This document shows positions 24,630 through 38,760 of a DNA stretch of 64,000 bases, in pieces. Numbering within the stretch: the first letter of the stretch is position 1; every line of letters starts with the position of its first letter. The notes under the pieces are model-generated. The model saw only the letters and a program-made list of their open reading frames with translations, was not told the DNA's origin and did no database searches. Origin of the DNA: Isurus oxyrinchus (Eukaryota); assembly GCA_026770705.1 (NCBI GenBank), contig JANJGN010000034.1, positions 4,340,001 to 4,404,000 on the forward strand, written 5' to 3'. The position numbers and the translations under genes are program-made.

Positions 24630-25520
24630 ACAGGGGTAATTTAACTCTATAAAGTGGTTGGTAAGGGCGCGGAAATGCTTGGTCGGGGTGGAAAGGATGG
24701 ATCAGGGTAGGATGGATGGTGATGCTAGGATCGGTCAGGAGGGGAGTTTGGGTGGATTGGTAGAATGGTTTTGTGAGTGGTGTTTATTTGGAGTTGTGTA
24801 CGGACGTTGCCTGTGATAGTCGGGATGGGGTAGTCATTATGGAATTGTCAAGTGTGGGCGATTTGCGATATTGTTTACTGGTCATGAGGTGGGGAATGTA
24901 GTCAGGGTGTTTGAGGGGAGCCAGTGAGTTGGGGATACTCGATCGTCGCCGATTAGTCCTGGTCTGTGGGCCTAGACAGAGTTCTGGTGGGTAGTCATGA
25001 GATGGTGTTGTTGTCATGATGTGGGTTTATTGGGGTGGGGGATGGCTGATTGGAGACTCTAGTCGAGGGTTATCAGAGTGTGGAGTAGTCAGAATTTGGG
25101 GTTGAAGCGGTGGGCCAGACTGTCGTCAATGAGCTGGGGGATAGCCCAGCCTCCAGAGGGAGCCTGGGTGCTCCGTGGTGTAGTTAACCAGGAGGACGAT
25201 AGGGTTCTATTCCTTCTAACATATATAGTAACTGTTCGGCTAAGACTTGGAAACATCCAGAGTCTCAGGCTTGAATCTGAGTATAGGATGCTTCCAAGTG
25301 GAGAGTGATTGCTCGTTGTTACTTTGAACTTCCTGGCTAATTGCCGTGAAGTTCTTGTGTGGGTACTTCTGAGGGGTTGCCTCAGCGCACTTTATGGGTT
25401 TCCTTGCTGGAAAATGCCTTAAGTCTTCTATGGTACTGCCCCATAACATTTTGAGAATTATATGTTTCTTTAGGCGAGGGTTTAAGCAGTTCAGCACAAT
25501 GGTAAAGATTTGATGTCAGT
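24630..25520. repeat. G-skewed degenerate interspersed repeat, unclassified
   Basis: Strong G/T skew at 24660-25180 that contrasts with the flanks; no recognisable protein motif. Confidence 0.35.
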
Positions 25521-26284
25521 TAGAACCTTAGGCATGATCTATTGGAATTGGTGAATTTGTTCATGATGTTTAATAGCCTATTTTTCTTCATGTGTATCCA
25601 TGCAACCAAACTGAAAGCGGCATTTACAAAGAGAATAAGCAACGGAAACAAAGACGCGAATTTAAGGCTTTGTCAATGTTATGAGGAAGAGGATACCCGA
25701 GCTGATTCATTTTGCAAATGAGAAAAAAAAACAGAACGGGATAATGGGAGGCATGGTGGTGAAGTGATGCGGTGTAGGGCGGGTTGGAATGGGTTTTTTT
25801 AAAGCACATGTTTAAACACATTAACAACACCAAAGTACTTAAGAGGGTGGAAACAAATCCAAAACACTCTCAGTTTCAGAACTCGGGACATCTCGGTATA
25901 TTTGAGCTCGAAGTTGTAATGGTTGCTTTTTAAGCTTGGAAATTGGCCAGTGAATTAACGCACAAATAAACGAAGAAAATATAGTTCAGAAATGAGCCCA
26001 GCAAACGGCTTCAAGACTAAATGCAGCAGCACACTTGGCGATGTACTCGGATGTGAGGTTTTGCTTCCAAAGCTCCCGGCTCTTGATCCCACAATATTAC
26101 AACACACACGTGATATTATCCAGAAATAATTCGTACGAGACACTGTAAGGATTGATGTATGTATATTATGGCAATAAGTAAACAATTGCCAAAATAAAAA
26201 AGGAATTACGCATGCAAGCAGGGATCTAAAAGCAAAGGAAACAAAAAAATGCCCCAATTTTGTCAATGGGATTTTTACAAACAG

Positions 26285-26311
26285 CTTATGAAGTCTCAAC
26301 TTACAGAGACG
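26285..26311 (+). CDS. 27-nt microexon (A)YEVSTYRD
   Basis: Acceptor atttttacaaacag, donor CG|gtgaga, open. Confidence 0.6.
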
Positions 26312-27322
26312 GTGAGAGTATGGGAGTGCAATGGATCCTGAATAATAACGAATGAGCGAAATATTTTTTCATGTCAAATAAACAAGATTATGATATTAAG
26401 GGCGTCCATATAGAACATCAAACTAATAATAATCGAAAAAAATGTATTTTTTTCTTGTTGGAGTCACAAAGCGAAATTGTTTGATTCCTGCACATACTGC
26501 CAAACTCTAGTAACAGTGGAAAGCTGGAGATTTTAACTTTGTTCTTGGAAAATAAAATGCGGTTATGAATGTATTTAATGTATGTATGGAAATTCACAAA
26601 TAGTTTCGATGGAGGGAACAATACTTAATTAATGATGGTGACAGAAATGCCTCAAATAGAAGGGATTATTTAAGGTTTTTGGCAAACGAACTGAAGACAT
26701 GGATATGTATTGTTCTTTAAGCAGCAAATTGTCATTCTTTAGGTACCACTATCTGAACTGGAGCTAGATTATAATTAATCTCTTAAATTAAAATCATATA
26801 TATATTTAAAAGGGGGCTAGAAGGAATACGAAGTTTGAGCAGCGTAACGTGGTTTATAAGGATGCTTTGTCGAACATGTGGTGTATGACAGTTTTTCAGT
26901 TGCACGTTCGATAATTCCATTAAGAATTAAGAAGATAAGCTACTTGTAAACAACTGGGTTATTACATTCAGTTGAAACAAAACATACTTCTGCTCGGTTG
27001 TACTTTGTGGGCGTTTCCGTTCAATTATAATACCCGTTAACAGGCAAATTACCACATAGTATTGCAGGAAGAATGCTCTTTTATGAATTATAGTGCCGAT
27101 GAACTGTAGTTTTCGTGTTGGAGGATTGCTGCATATCATAGGATTTGTTACATGCTAATAAATACCCCCTAAGGAGGTCAAGGTGAGGTGAAGCCATACT
27201 GGTTATATCACAGAGTGATTGGTAGAGCACATAGTTTTGATGAAGAACAAATGTTTAAATGAATCCTAATTATGTGAATGGATTCGATTTCCATTACTCA
27301 ATATTTCCATTCTGCTGTTCAG

Positions 27323-27358
27323 AAATACGAAAATTGAAAGTTGCACTCAACGATGCAG
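27323..27358 (+). CDS. 36-nt microexon (E)IRKLKVALNDA
   Basis: Acceptor tttccattctgctgttcag, donor AG|gtgaga, open; clear paralog of 42733-42768. Confidence 0.88.
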
Positions 27359-28195
27359 GTGAGAAAGCAGTACAGCATTGATTGAGGTCGGTGGTGGTCA
27401 GAAATTAAAGTGTGCAGGATGCAATTGAATTTGGATCGTATTCTGTATTCAATACGAAATTTGTCTCAGTTGGCAAATTTTGTACCATTGCAAAAACTAC
27501 AGATTTGACATATCCTTTGTTTCTCATTCCAAATGTATTCAGTAGAGATGACAATGGGAGGGATATAAAATGTGTTGCTCTTGCATGATAACACATTTTT
27601 TCCTCATCCTTCAAATTGAAAGTTCTTGTGCAGAGACAACACATCTAAAATCAAGTTTGCATATCTACTGAAATTTTAAAGAACCACGTATAATTCACAG
27701 AACAGAACCAAGACCACTGACGGTGTTGCTTTCAAATATCGAAATGCTTCCTCCTATCCGACTTCACCTCATGGTATTAGATTATGCTCCCTTGACGGAA
27801 TTCACTCTTGTGTTTATCGATTATTCCCATACATGCCGCTGTGCTACTTCAGTCAATTAAGTGCCGTGCTAGGGAAGCCCATGATATCAGGCTCCCCTGG
27901 AATCAAGATTTTTTTTCCTAAGATACCAAAACATGCACGACAGCTCAGTTACTTGAAATATCATTGCAATCCTTAGAGAATGTCAACATTCATGACAAGG
28001 CCACGTCGTCCATATTTGTGATTGACGCCTAACAAAAGGGCGCACTGCCAATTGAACCATTGCACGGCAAAATAATTATATAATTCCAGTGAAACACCGT
28101 TCCCTTTTAAACTACCTTGGACAATTTTGTCCGATAGCACATGAACATTTTTTTTTTGGCTCCACCTGAAGAAGAAACTCCTCGAATTGTCTCAG

Positions 28196-28231
28196 GAAAG
28201 CACCATCGCATGAAGGAAAAATCCAAAGTAG
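28196..28231 (+). CDS. 36-nt microexon candidate (G)KHHRMKEKSKV
   Basis: Acceptor ctcgaattgtctcag, donor AG|gtattg, open. An alternative in-frame AAG acceptor gives a 60-nt form from 28172. Fits the heptad pattern poorly. Confidence 0.5.
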
Positions 28232-29016
28232 GTATTGTGTCAGCACCTTTATAATGGCAATGCTTTGTTCGAACCGGATTCTTTTCGAAAATGAAGACTC
28301 ACACAAAGCAAGTAGGAGATGCGAATTCTGGGTAACTATTCAAAGGTAAGTAAATGTATGTTTGATATATTCCAAATAATTGCATGATTATAAGTACATC
28401 CCGAAGGCCAGCAGTGCGTCTCCTACATCGCAGAGAAAAGAAACTCATTATACTCTTTATTCATGGCAATGTGTACATATCCTTCAGGGTTTAAGCTTTA
28501 CAATATTATTGCAGATTTTTCACAAAATCCACTGTGTTGATCAATGTCCGCACATAATGTTTTCGGCCTTAAGTAATTTGCATTGGATTCGAACGCATAC
28601 CACCTAATTCACAGCACGAATAAATACCCCAAGTAAGAATTAATTCATATCAGATTGTTTCAGCAGAAACATATTTCCAAGCCGTGGTTAGGTGAATGCA
28701 AACCGTGATAAGATATATTCTGTGCAAACATTTTCTGCAATAGCCGCTTCATGGCTACCATGTTGTAAAGGATGGCCTATATTGCTGGAAAAATCTTTGA
28801 TCGCTCGCAATCTTAACTGTACATTATGACCTCCATGACTAGAAATACGATAGCGACGCTCTCCATTTGGTGGACACTCGAGAAAAATTGGATTATCCGC
28901 TTTACAACAAATACAAACAGGGGAAATATTGTATGACATTTAAACTTATGAATAATTCGTTCGGGTATATGCAGCGCAATTCTTTACTTTCAACAACAGA
29001 AGCATCGGTAAACTAA

Positions 29017-29046
29017 ACACACACACATACACACACAGACACACAG
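29017..29046. repeat. (CA)n imperfect microsatellite
   Basis: acacacacacacatacacacacagacacacag. Confidence 0.85.
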
Positions 29047-29337
29047 ATATTTACGGTGCTACACAAAGGAACTGCATGATAAATGAAAATGTGTCCATTA
29101 GGGACCTGTTTATGATCATGCAATCATCGAATAAATGAGTGGGATAGGCATATTTCATGTTAACTTCCAGGAACCGTTATAGAATAATCTCTGCAAATTG
29201 AATCATTTGTTCATTTAAAATGAAAAATTTCGCAGCTTTGTTGGAAGACATATTGGCTGGAATCCCCTTCGGTTGTGACTTGTTATTCTGTGATTTTAAT
29301 GAAGCTGTAAATCTCATTCATTTCTAATCTGCTATAG

Positions 29338-29364
29338 AAGAAAAATTGCGCACATGCCAGAAGG
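29338..29364 (+). CDS. 27-nt microexon (E)EKLRTCQK
   Basis: Acceptor ttcatttctaatctgctatag, donor GG|gtaagc, open. Confidence 0.85.
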
Positions 29365-29882
29365 GTAAGCAAAAACAATATTTGCAATATGCCTTTCAAA
29401 AAGCTTGATGTGTCATTCAATATAGCATAATAACCTGTGGAATAGGAGCAGTATTTTGCCATAAGGTTTACAAAAAATATTCCATTACTCAAAGATTAAG
29501 GCTATCTGATCATCAGTTCAATACGGCTTTCATGTATATTTTGCTTTGCTCAAACTTCACAGCGTTGTGAAATAAATAATTACACATTTTTAACCTATCA
29601 GCGAGAGAAATAAAGTTCTCATCATCGCGGGTTTAAACAGGCTACAGCTTATGCTGAAAATATGCCCCCTTCATTTAGATTTCCTCACCGTCCGGAGAAT
29701 CCTTTCAAAATCGACAATGTAAACCCCCCTCAGAACCTGATATGCTTAAACAAACACAATTTGTAGCCTTTACGGGAATTCATACGTTTTGAGATTTAAG
29801 ATGCATTTAGCACTATGTGTGATCAATATTTATGTTTTAACCCGATTATCTAGTATATATTCTATTTCCCTGTTGCAATTAG

Positions 29883-29909
29883 AGCTGGAAAACTGCAGGA
29901 AAAGTGACG
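29883..29909 (+). CDS. 27-nt microexon (E)LENCRKSD
   Basis: Acceptor tatttccctgttgcaattag, donor CG|gtgcgt, open. Confidence 0.8.
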
Positions 29910-30539
29910 GTGCGTAGCGAGGGATATGTTGATCTCTGAGAACACAGGTTTCTGTAGTACAACTGCATCCTTTGCTCGTGCAGCTTTGCAAACGTAATTA
30001 TTAATAAGATTAAATGCGAATTTTGACTTAGAAAAACCGCTTTCCCTTGAGCGTCAGCCAAAAGTAACATGTCATAGCACCGTTTTCTTATGGCCCTGTT
30101 CATTACATAGATGTATAGGAATTGAATGCTTTCAAATGCACAACTTATCTTTTCGCAGACATATAGAGGCACTTAAACTGGCATATTATGAGGACAATTT
30201 TTGATTTCAGTTAGCAAGGAGAAAAGGGAAAGTAATTGTTTTTCATTAAGTGGAAGGTAGCCTCTTTAAAATTTCAGCATGCGTTGCTAACCATAATTTC
30301 CCTGTGAAAGGTAGAACTGAGCCACCTTTGAAATAAAACAATCTGCAGCCTGTGTCAATTTCGTACACACACAGTGTTGTTAACGACAAGCACAACTACT
30401 TTGACCCGCAATAACAGTCAGGTGGCATGGCTCCAAATCCGGGTTTTGAGTTAAATGAGAGAGAAGTAGGAAATGCACGCATGCCTCCAGATGTTCTACT
30501 TTTATTCACCTTGGTCAAAGTGTGAATTTCAGCAAGCTT

Positions 30540-31010
30540 TCAAGGCATTACCGAATGAAGCCCAGCGGGTCAATGCCCTGCATGATATCGATTTTGAACA
30601 CTGCTGCCATGTTCGCCAGTGGTGGAAAATGGGAAAATTCCAGGTGTTGGACAGACTGCGGGTAGATTTTACTCCGTGGCCCTTCAAAGGATCAAACTCT
30701 TTCAGTGCTGTTGAAACTAATCTCATCAAGGCAAATGGCGCATTTTTAATCCTGACCTCAGAGTTAATGATGGTGCTCATTTTTTATTTTCCGTACTTAG
30801 GTAATATGCCATTCGCCACACAATTTAGAACGTCTACTAGGTTATCTATTTTCACAAAATATTCGTAAGGTTGCTCCAATTAAATTTCTGGTCCATGGTA
30901 ACCTGTCGGATCGAGAGGATTTCAGCTCTGGTAATGCTGAAAAATGTTTCAGGAAGTTTATTGTCTTCTCCCTTAACGTACAAGGCCATTGCATGGCACT
31001 TAATTAGTAT
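30540..31010 (-). mobile_element. Highly decayed L2/jockey-group LINE fragment
   Basis: Patchy similarity to 22440-22830 (gccactg..cagtggtgg, ttctggtc.atggtaacc blocks). Confidence 0.4.
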
Positions 31011-32913
31011 GAACATTTCGTAACAATGACATACCTAACATAATTGAATAATGTGATGTATTTTGTAGACGAAATGTATAGCAACTGGAGCAAGAGATAT
31101 CTCAATGCGTAATTAACGTCAATTTTATTCAAAAACAGAGAAGAGTCTTTTTAAGCAGCAGCGCGTCGCACAACGGGCGTTAGAAGGATGGAAAGTTCCC
31201 CAACCCATCGCCTTTAAAGCACAAAACCATTGTAAAGAACGTTCAATAAATTAACAGTATTTCAAACAAAAAAACAGCAACTTTGGAAAGAAAATCTTGG
31301 AAGGCTTGTTAGCACAAAGACTGATTTTGTTTCTCACTGAAAATATGAATTGAAAGGAAATGATTAAGAATAATGCAACCCACAAGAAATGGATGCCAGA
31401 TTAAATTTTAAAAAGGCAATCAGCAAATGGGAGTCTTCAGAGAAAAACATAATAATTTTCCATTTTCATAACATGGAAAGGACACAAAATGCCAACAGCC
31501 GAAAGGGCGCTAACATAAACCTATGTGAAGGATTTTTGTATATTAATACAATGGCGAACGCCTTAGAATTCCCAGCACAATTCATTAAGCCTATGAGAAG
31601 ATAGACTTTTTTTTAATGATGCAATGGCCAGAACGTATCAATGCGTTCTGAATTCAGCAATGTGCTTTAAACTGTGAGAGTGCAAACGTCACCGAATATT
31701 TTTAATAGAGGGATGGGAAATGTAATAGTCCACCTCTCAGTTTAGCATCAATAATGCAAAGAAAATCGGATGACTCAGGCAAATATCCGTTGAGAAAAAA
31801 TCTTTTATATTATGGAATGATTGAAAGAACAGTTACTTCATTGAACAGAGATCGCAATTGTGGTGATTGGTTTCAAATGGTGCAATATCTGCAATGAGCT
31901 ATGAATATATTTTATGGATTTTTACTGCAAGAGGACAATTGTTAAAAGTGGTGGTGTATTCAGCACCGTAAAGGGCAGGATGAAATTGTGCCGCCAAGTT
32001 ATTGGAGGACCTGTTGTTAGATAGATATTGACGGTTCACAGACTTCAATTGCATGTTACACTGTACGTCTGTTTACATTATAAATCAATATTATGCCCTG
32101 CTTAATTTTGCTGAGCATTGCATATCCACCTCCCATTACTTTTTGCTTCTATCAGGCCAGCGCATACAAGAAGCAATAGCAGCTAAACAGAGAAATAAAC
32201 AAAATAATCCTTAATAACACTTTCATTTTCACATCACATGTATCGCATCACAAATCATAATTGATAGCAAAATTTATGCTCTACTGAAATGTGTCAATGT
32301 TTATACTCTACATTTTATTCATCCTACCATTCTTCACCTAATAATCACATTGTGACATTTTATTCATTGCTCCGCCACGAACGCTGAAATGCACTGAACT
32401 TATTCAGATCAATCAACACTACTCCATGCTCAGTTCACAAAAAGATGAAATTGCCTCAATCTCGCAAATGTAAGAGATCGAGTTTATGCTTGTGAATGTG
32501 CGCATTTGCGTGTGCGTGTATATGTGTGTATGGGAGAGAGAGTATGTGTGTGTTTATGCGTGTTTGTTTGCATGTGCGTGTTATGCGAGCATATTTTTCT
32601 TATTTCCTTTTCGCGAGATGTAGGCCATTTTGAAATGATTAGTCATTATGCCCGTACTTGTTAGTGCAAAGGGTCTGGTAAGGGCCCTTTGTGAACCGCT
32701 GCAGTCCATCTGTTTTCCGTAAACCCAAAACGCATTTATTTTTGTTTAATGTTTATATTGTTTGCATGATTTTTTTTTCATGTATTACTTTTTTTCATCA
32801 GAAGTAAATGATAGGAGGATACTTATGAACCCCAAAACAGCCAGTGCACAAAAAGACAAATGCATATGAATAAATAAATTAATAGTAAACATGGTTGATC
32901 TGCCTTTTTTCAG

Positions 32914-32949
32914 AAAAGACGAGGCTCAGAACAGTTGGAAAGCATAAAG
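32914..32949 (+). CDS. 36-nt microexon (E)KTRLRTVGKHK
   Basis: Acceptor tctgccttttttcag, donor AG|gtgagg, open. Confidence 0.8.
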
Positions 32950-33244
32950 GTGAGGAAAAAAAAACGTAATGATAAAAACATCAAAAAAGATGTTCAAATT
33001 TATTGAGGCTAGATTTTGCACTCACTACCATTATTTCTGACACGTTTTTTTTTAATTCAAATTGTGTCCAGTTCTCCGCCAGGTATCATTTTCTACAATA
33101 AGGGAGCTTGAGACGTTTCTACTACGGTGATTGCTGCTTCATGAAGTTCGGGGATTAAAGAAGCTAGAAGAACTCTCAGAGCTAGCGAAATTCATGTTGA
33201 ACGACCAGGGATTTCAATACCACCATCCCAAAGATGCCTGAAAT

Positions 33245-35040
33245 CATTACATAGCAACATACGGAATAGAAGCAGGGACAATTCATTTGTCCTTTCGAAC
33301 ACGCGTGGCCATTCAACAAGAGTATCACGGAACTGATTGTGGCATTAACTCCATATTCCATTTACCCCTATAATCTTTACCTCCCCTGTCACACAACAAC
33401 CTACCCAGTACCGCCTTTAAACATTGATAGACCCTGCCTTCACCAATCTCTCGGGAAGAGAACTCCAAAGACTAATAACCCTCAGAGAGAAAACAAAAAG
33501 TTTTCATCCCCTACTTAAATGGACCAATCCACTGTCCTCTGGTTCCAGTGTCTCGTACAAGTGAACATATCCTTTCAGCCTCCATATTTTCAAAACCCGT
33601 GAGGATAATTGATTTTTCAATATGATCACCTTTCAATCTTGTCAATTTGAATTGAAGTATATCAAGCCTGCCCAGGCCTTTCTCATAAGCTAAATCATCA
33701 CTGATGGTTGCGGCACTCCTCTTGTCACATTTTGCCAATCCCAAAAACTTCTATCTATCCACAACCTCTTCATTTTCTTGGATAGCCAATCCGCTACCCA
33801 TGCCACTATGTTAAATCCTACACATGAGCATCGTGAATTTTGATATCAAATACCATCTAGAAATCCAATGGCAGCACATCCACAGCTTCATTTGTATTCA
33901 CGTTGCCCGAGTCGTTCTCAAAGAACTTCAATACATTAGTTAAAAAATATTTTGCTTGCATAAATTTGCGTTGATTCCATTTGATTGTAAGGAGAATTGC
34001 TAAGTGCTCCAACACAACTTCCTTAAAAATAGTTTCCAGCAATTGCCCTACAACAGGCATTAAGCTAACTCCGCTCTAGTTTCCTGATTTCCCCTACTTG
34101 GTTTGTCGAAAAGAATGATTTACTGTATATATATATATTTTTCAAACCTGGTGGAACATTTTCAGAACCTAGGGAAATTTTGAAATTTCCATCAAATGTA
34201 TGTATTATCTCAGAAGTTATTTATTTAAGACCGTGGTATGAAATGAAATTTATCCGAGTATGCGGATTTCTCACCTTTTAGGTCAAATATATTTTCTCAG
34301 TAATGTTTCCTTGGTGATTGTAAATGTTTTGACTTCCATCCCATTCACCTCCTGATTGGAAGGCAGCTCTGGGATAATATTTCTTTCAGGTAGTGTGACG
34401 GCAAACGCAAAATATCTAGCCAGTGCGTCTGCAGTTTCATGACTTTCTTTTATTAATTCCTCACCCTCACTATGTATCGGACCACTGTTGCCTTACTTAG
34501 ATTTTTCTGAAATTTTTAATGACTGTAAAAGTTCTTATAATCTGCTTTTATATTTCTAGTTAGATTTTGCTGTTATTCTGATGTCTCCCTCCTTAATACA
34601 TTGTAGTATTTTTTTCTGTACTTTTTATTCGGCTGAATCTTTTTGAGTGTCACTCATCTTTGCGGAATTTGAAACCTTTTGTCTCTTTCTTCGATTTGAT
34701 AATTCATTCCATTTGATACTTTATTTAACTTTTTTTCTTAGCCGTGGGTGGTATGGACTTCTCTTAGATCATTCATTTCTCATGGAAACGTAATTGTACT
34801 AAGGATTCTGATTTGGATCCTGAAATAGCTGCCGCTATCTGTATACTGATTTATCTCTTGACCTAATTAATCAGCTCGCTGTAGCCAGCTGTGTCTTCGT
34901 GCTCTCATTATTTCCCTTATTTACTCTACAAATCTTAAAACCATTCCTGTCTTTCTCCAAATAAACATTTAATTCAATCGTATTATGATCAAAGTCATCA
35001 AGGGGCGCAATCAAAATGAAGTCATCAATTAATTCCTGCA
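33245..35040 (-). mobile_element. Degenerate CR1 LINE (ORF2 and 3' end)
   Basis: Minus-strand peptides VVGQLLETIFKEVVLEHL, FLTNVLKFFE..AVDVLPLDF, LAYEKGLGRLDIL..RLKGDHIE; CR1-type 3' tail near 33250-33330. Confidence 0.85.
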
Positions 35041-35734
35041 TAATTTAATTCATGTACACGACTGACAGGAAGGCATTAGCACTGTTCGATTATGTTGCTT
35101 CAGCTGTTAGAAGTCACTCAGTGTCACAATTCATATCCCTGATAATCCACCTCTCCACACAAGAAGCCGAACCCTGGGAATGCATCAGCTCGTTTCTGTT
35201 TAATTTATGGTATTTACTTGTGGAAACAAGAAACACACCTGTTTAACGAATTAGGGAGATTTCAAACTTGTCTCTGGAGATTAAAATCTCTTGTATGTTA
35301 CCCACTTTTGTCACGTGACTTAGCAGCAGCTATGTTTGGAAGAGGAATTTCCAACAAACAACAAGGTTTTACTGTTGAGATCAACTGGTCATGACGCAAC
35401 GGCCATAAGTAATTAAAATTTTTTTAATGATATTTGTAGAAGACAACCTCTCTACCCCTTGCACGAGGGGGTAAAATTCACTCCGATTAAGTTATCCGCT
35501 ATAACTCGGTACCAACAATAGTTTGGTACTCAGTAAGTAATGCGCTGACATACCAGGTTATTTTATGAGTTCCAATCAGCAATACTCTTACTCAGAACTG
35601 ACAAAACGCTATGCTGAAGCAGGCCATATTTTTTTTTTCATGAGGCATGATGTTCAATTTTGAACGTGTTAACCATGCACACATTCTAAAATCACAAAAT
35701 CCATATTTAAGTATGGAAGTGATTATTTTCGCCT

Positions 35735-36060
35735 GATATTCATTCAAGACATGTGGCGGTCGTTAACAAGGTAAGCATCAGCTGCCCAAATATAATTGTC
35801 CTTGAACTGAGAGTCACGCTCAGCCATTTGAGAATCAATCAAATTGCATTGGGTCTGGAGAAGCATGCAAGTCAGCCCCGGTAAAGGGGACAGCTTTCCT
35901 TTGCAGGAGAACATTACTGCAGTAGGCCGGTTTTAATGGTTTTTATCAAAGGTGTACTGCAGCTAATATAATGAATCTAACTTTCTGTTCAGATCTTAAT
36001 TATGTTAAAATTTCCTGCCAGGAACATAACTTAGATAATCTGAAATAATGATGCAATGAC
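35735..36060 (-). mobile_element. Decayed SINE
   Basis: Begins with the reverse complement of the LINE-shared tail (gcccaaatataattgtccttgaactgag); related to 45940-46260. Confidence 0.5.
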
Positions 36061-36636
36061 ACGAACAGTGGATTAACCATAAGCAGCTGTTTTACACAAG
36101 GTTCTGCATGAAATGGAAGGATAATTGTGGTTTGCAACGTTCACCTTTTTCACGTACTTTTTTATACTTGGATCATTCCTGCCCCCAAACTATATTATTT
36201 CAATTTAATTTGTTTTGCTTCAAATATCTTAACTTTTCAGATCAATAGATAAGCCGTTGTGTGAATATGTAATAACAGCTCCATATTTTTCTTCTGAGTG
36301 CAATCTATTTGGAAAACATACTATTTGACTGATGTATAGTTTTAGACGAATCACTTATATTTCACTTTAAATCATTACTAATAGATACTGATTGGGCGAC
36401 AAAAATCGAAGGTGTGTAAAATAGAAATACTCCCTGAACTTTTTTAAAACCATAACTTCATTAATTACCCACTTGTGTGATTCAGTGACTGAGGTTTGAT
36501 AACCGGTGCATCCCATCAGGTGTCAACCAAATCATGTCCATTTCCGCTCCCAGAGAGCTGCTTTGGAGAAATGATAAAATATGACAGAGCAACCAGATAG
36601 TGCTCTTTACAGCTTATTTTGTTGCTAAATGTTCAA

Positions 36637-36766
36637 TTAGAGAAAATATGATTCAAAACAAAAATCCACCCTACAATTTTGATTTAATTAATTGTCTCTG
36701 TTATTAGAGACAATATGATTCAAAACCAAAATCGAACCTATAATTTTGATTTAATTAATTGTCTCA
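36637..36766. repeat. About 67-bp imperfect tandem duplication
   Basis: aatatgattcaaaac.aaaatc...aattttgatttaattaattgtctc occurs twice. Confidence 0.8.
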
Positions 36767-38733
36767 GTAATGTCTGCAGATTATCTCTCCAACCAATGTT
36801 GGACATTTCACATTACCCTGATGTTCAACAAAGCATATGCTTGCCTTAGACGACTACATTACTCAACCATCATCCAAAACCTTTCACCTGTGGTTGTTCC
36901 TCTGAATAAATTTTATTCTCCATACCCAGTCATGGAACTGTGCACAATTTTGAAAAAAAATATTATATTAAGGATATCAATGCTTTGAGAAAAAACAGTG
37001 TGCTTTGAACAAAACCATTTAAGAGAGAGCGGATTCAATTATCTGGAGATATTAAAGAAACCACGATTCTTCCCTTAATAGAAGTGCGGTTTTATGTTGA
37101 CCACAATAGGGTAGTAAAAATATTGTTTTGTAATGGAGTAAATCAGGGCATTTTATTTGTTCTGAGGAAAGGATCAATAACTAAGAAATGCATATTTAAG
37201 ATGAGTGTAAAGATTATGCAATAAAGAAAAGAAATACAATCCAAAATGCTAACTACTCTGACCTCGAATGCATTTCTTAAAAAGACATCCAAAGTATACT
37301 TCAACAAGCTATTAAATACATTATTGAAATGAAAAGTATTACAGGGTTATCCAGAAACTTTACGGTAATGGCACTGATTAGATTGATCTTCCAAAGAGCT
37401 CATAAGCTCGTAATGGGCTGCATGTCTCTTACTTGGTCTAACATTTAATAACATCCAGAATTTATTAAACTATACACTCGTATCACCTGATTTCCTGAAC
37501 GAGTATTAAGCATAAGTAAGTACCGAGCAGCTCAACCGAGATTACTAGTTGTAGGAAAGCTGCTATTAAGAATTTCCACCTGTCAACATCTGACTCATGG
37601 CCGAGAAGAAATTATAGCAGTTCTTTTTTTATAATTCCTCCATTGATGTGGTTTCCAAAGTTTAATCTTCCTCAGACTTTGACGTCATGGTACAACTGAT
37701 GTTATTGCTTTGCCCGTTTAATTTCTAAAGATTCTATTAGCTAATGCTTGTAAGCTCCTGATATGTTTTCTCCCTGACCTAATTCCAACACCACTTCATC
37801 ATGGAGGCTGCACCTACATCAGCACCTTTGCCAGCTGCCAAGTCCACCATTTCTTCAATCTTCCAGCTGATTTTACCAATGCAGATGTTGTTTTATATGT
37901 AATGGAAGCCAGAAGCGGCTGCACAAAATGTTCCCTTACCCTTTGAGAAATTTGATGTCACACCATCTGCTGCCTGGGCCTTAAACAGCAGCTGGTTCCA
38001 ATCATCATTACAATTCCACTAATTGATTGCGGTTCCAACCCACATGAGTGCATGAACTTTAAAAGACAATTTTGCAAAAAAAAATGCCGACACAGTCTTT
38101 CCCATCACCTTTTCTGCAGCCTCCTCCCTCTGGTAAGCTGTGCAGCTGTGACAAGAAATGCGAAATTCCCACGCCATCTCGACACAGTTGGGCCCATTAA
38201 ATTCCTCTGCATTTACTGGCTATTAAGAAAACAAAGAAAATTTAAATCACGAGCACACTTAATGGGAAATGAAAGTAAAAGAGGGTAAGTTGCATGTAAC
38301 GTCCTATGAAATTTTTACTCCCGCAATTTCCTTTCTTGTACCTCTGAATATATTCAATTCGCCTTTAGGGGCTGCATTTCATGAAGCCAGGTATCAGAGC
38401 TCTGAAATAACATACCTCAAAACACAAACACTCGGTGAACCACTCCAACCTCTAACCCACGCCCACCTACCCATTCCCCGCACTCTTTCCTCCATTAAAG
38501 TTTGATCAATTTCAGCTGGGTCATTCTTTGATAATCTATCGCAATATATGACGATGACACTTGGTAAAATTTTTTGTCCAAAAACAAACCTGACCACGTC
38601 ACGTTAGGTATCACTAATGCGTGGTGTATTATTTACACTCCAGTACAATCGATAGAGAAAACTTTATTTGAACACAATTGAGTTTTTCTTCCATGGAAAT
38701 AACGTTACAGACTGACGTATGACCACATTTCAG

Positions 38734-38760
38734 AGCTGGAACGAATTTTGGAAAAGATGG
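38734..38760 (+). CDS. 27-nt microexon (E)LERILEKM
   Basis: Acceptor ccacatttcag with ctgac branch motif about 20 nt upstream, donor GG|gtaagc, open; resembles 20649-20675. Confidence 0.85.

Noticed and set aside
28297-28351. Consensus donor AAG|gtaagt at 28345
   Set aside because: No good acceptor gives an open phase 1-1 exon; TAA in frame.
38120-38132. 13-nt segment with good acceptor and gtaagc donor
   Set aside because: Frame-shifting length with no compensating partner seen.
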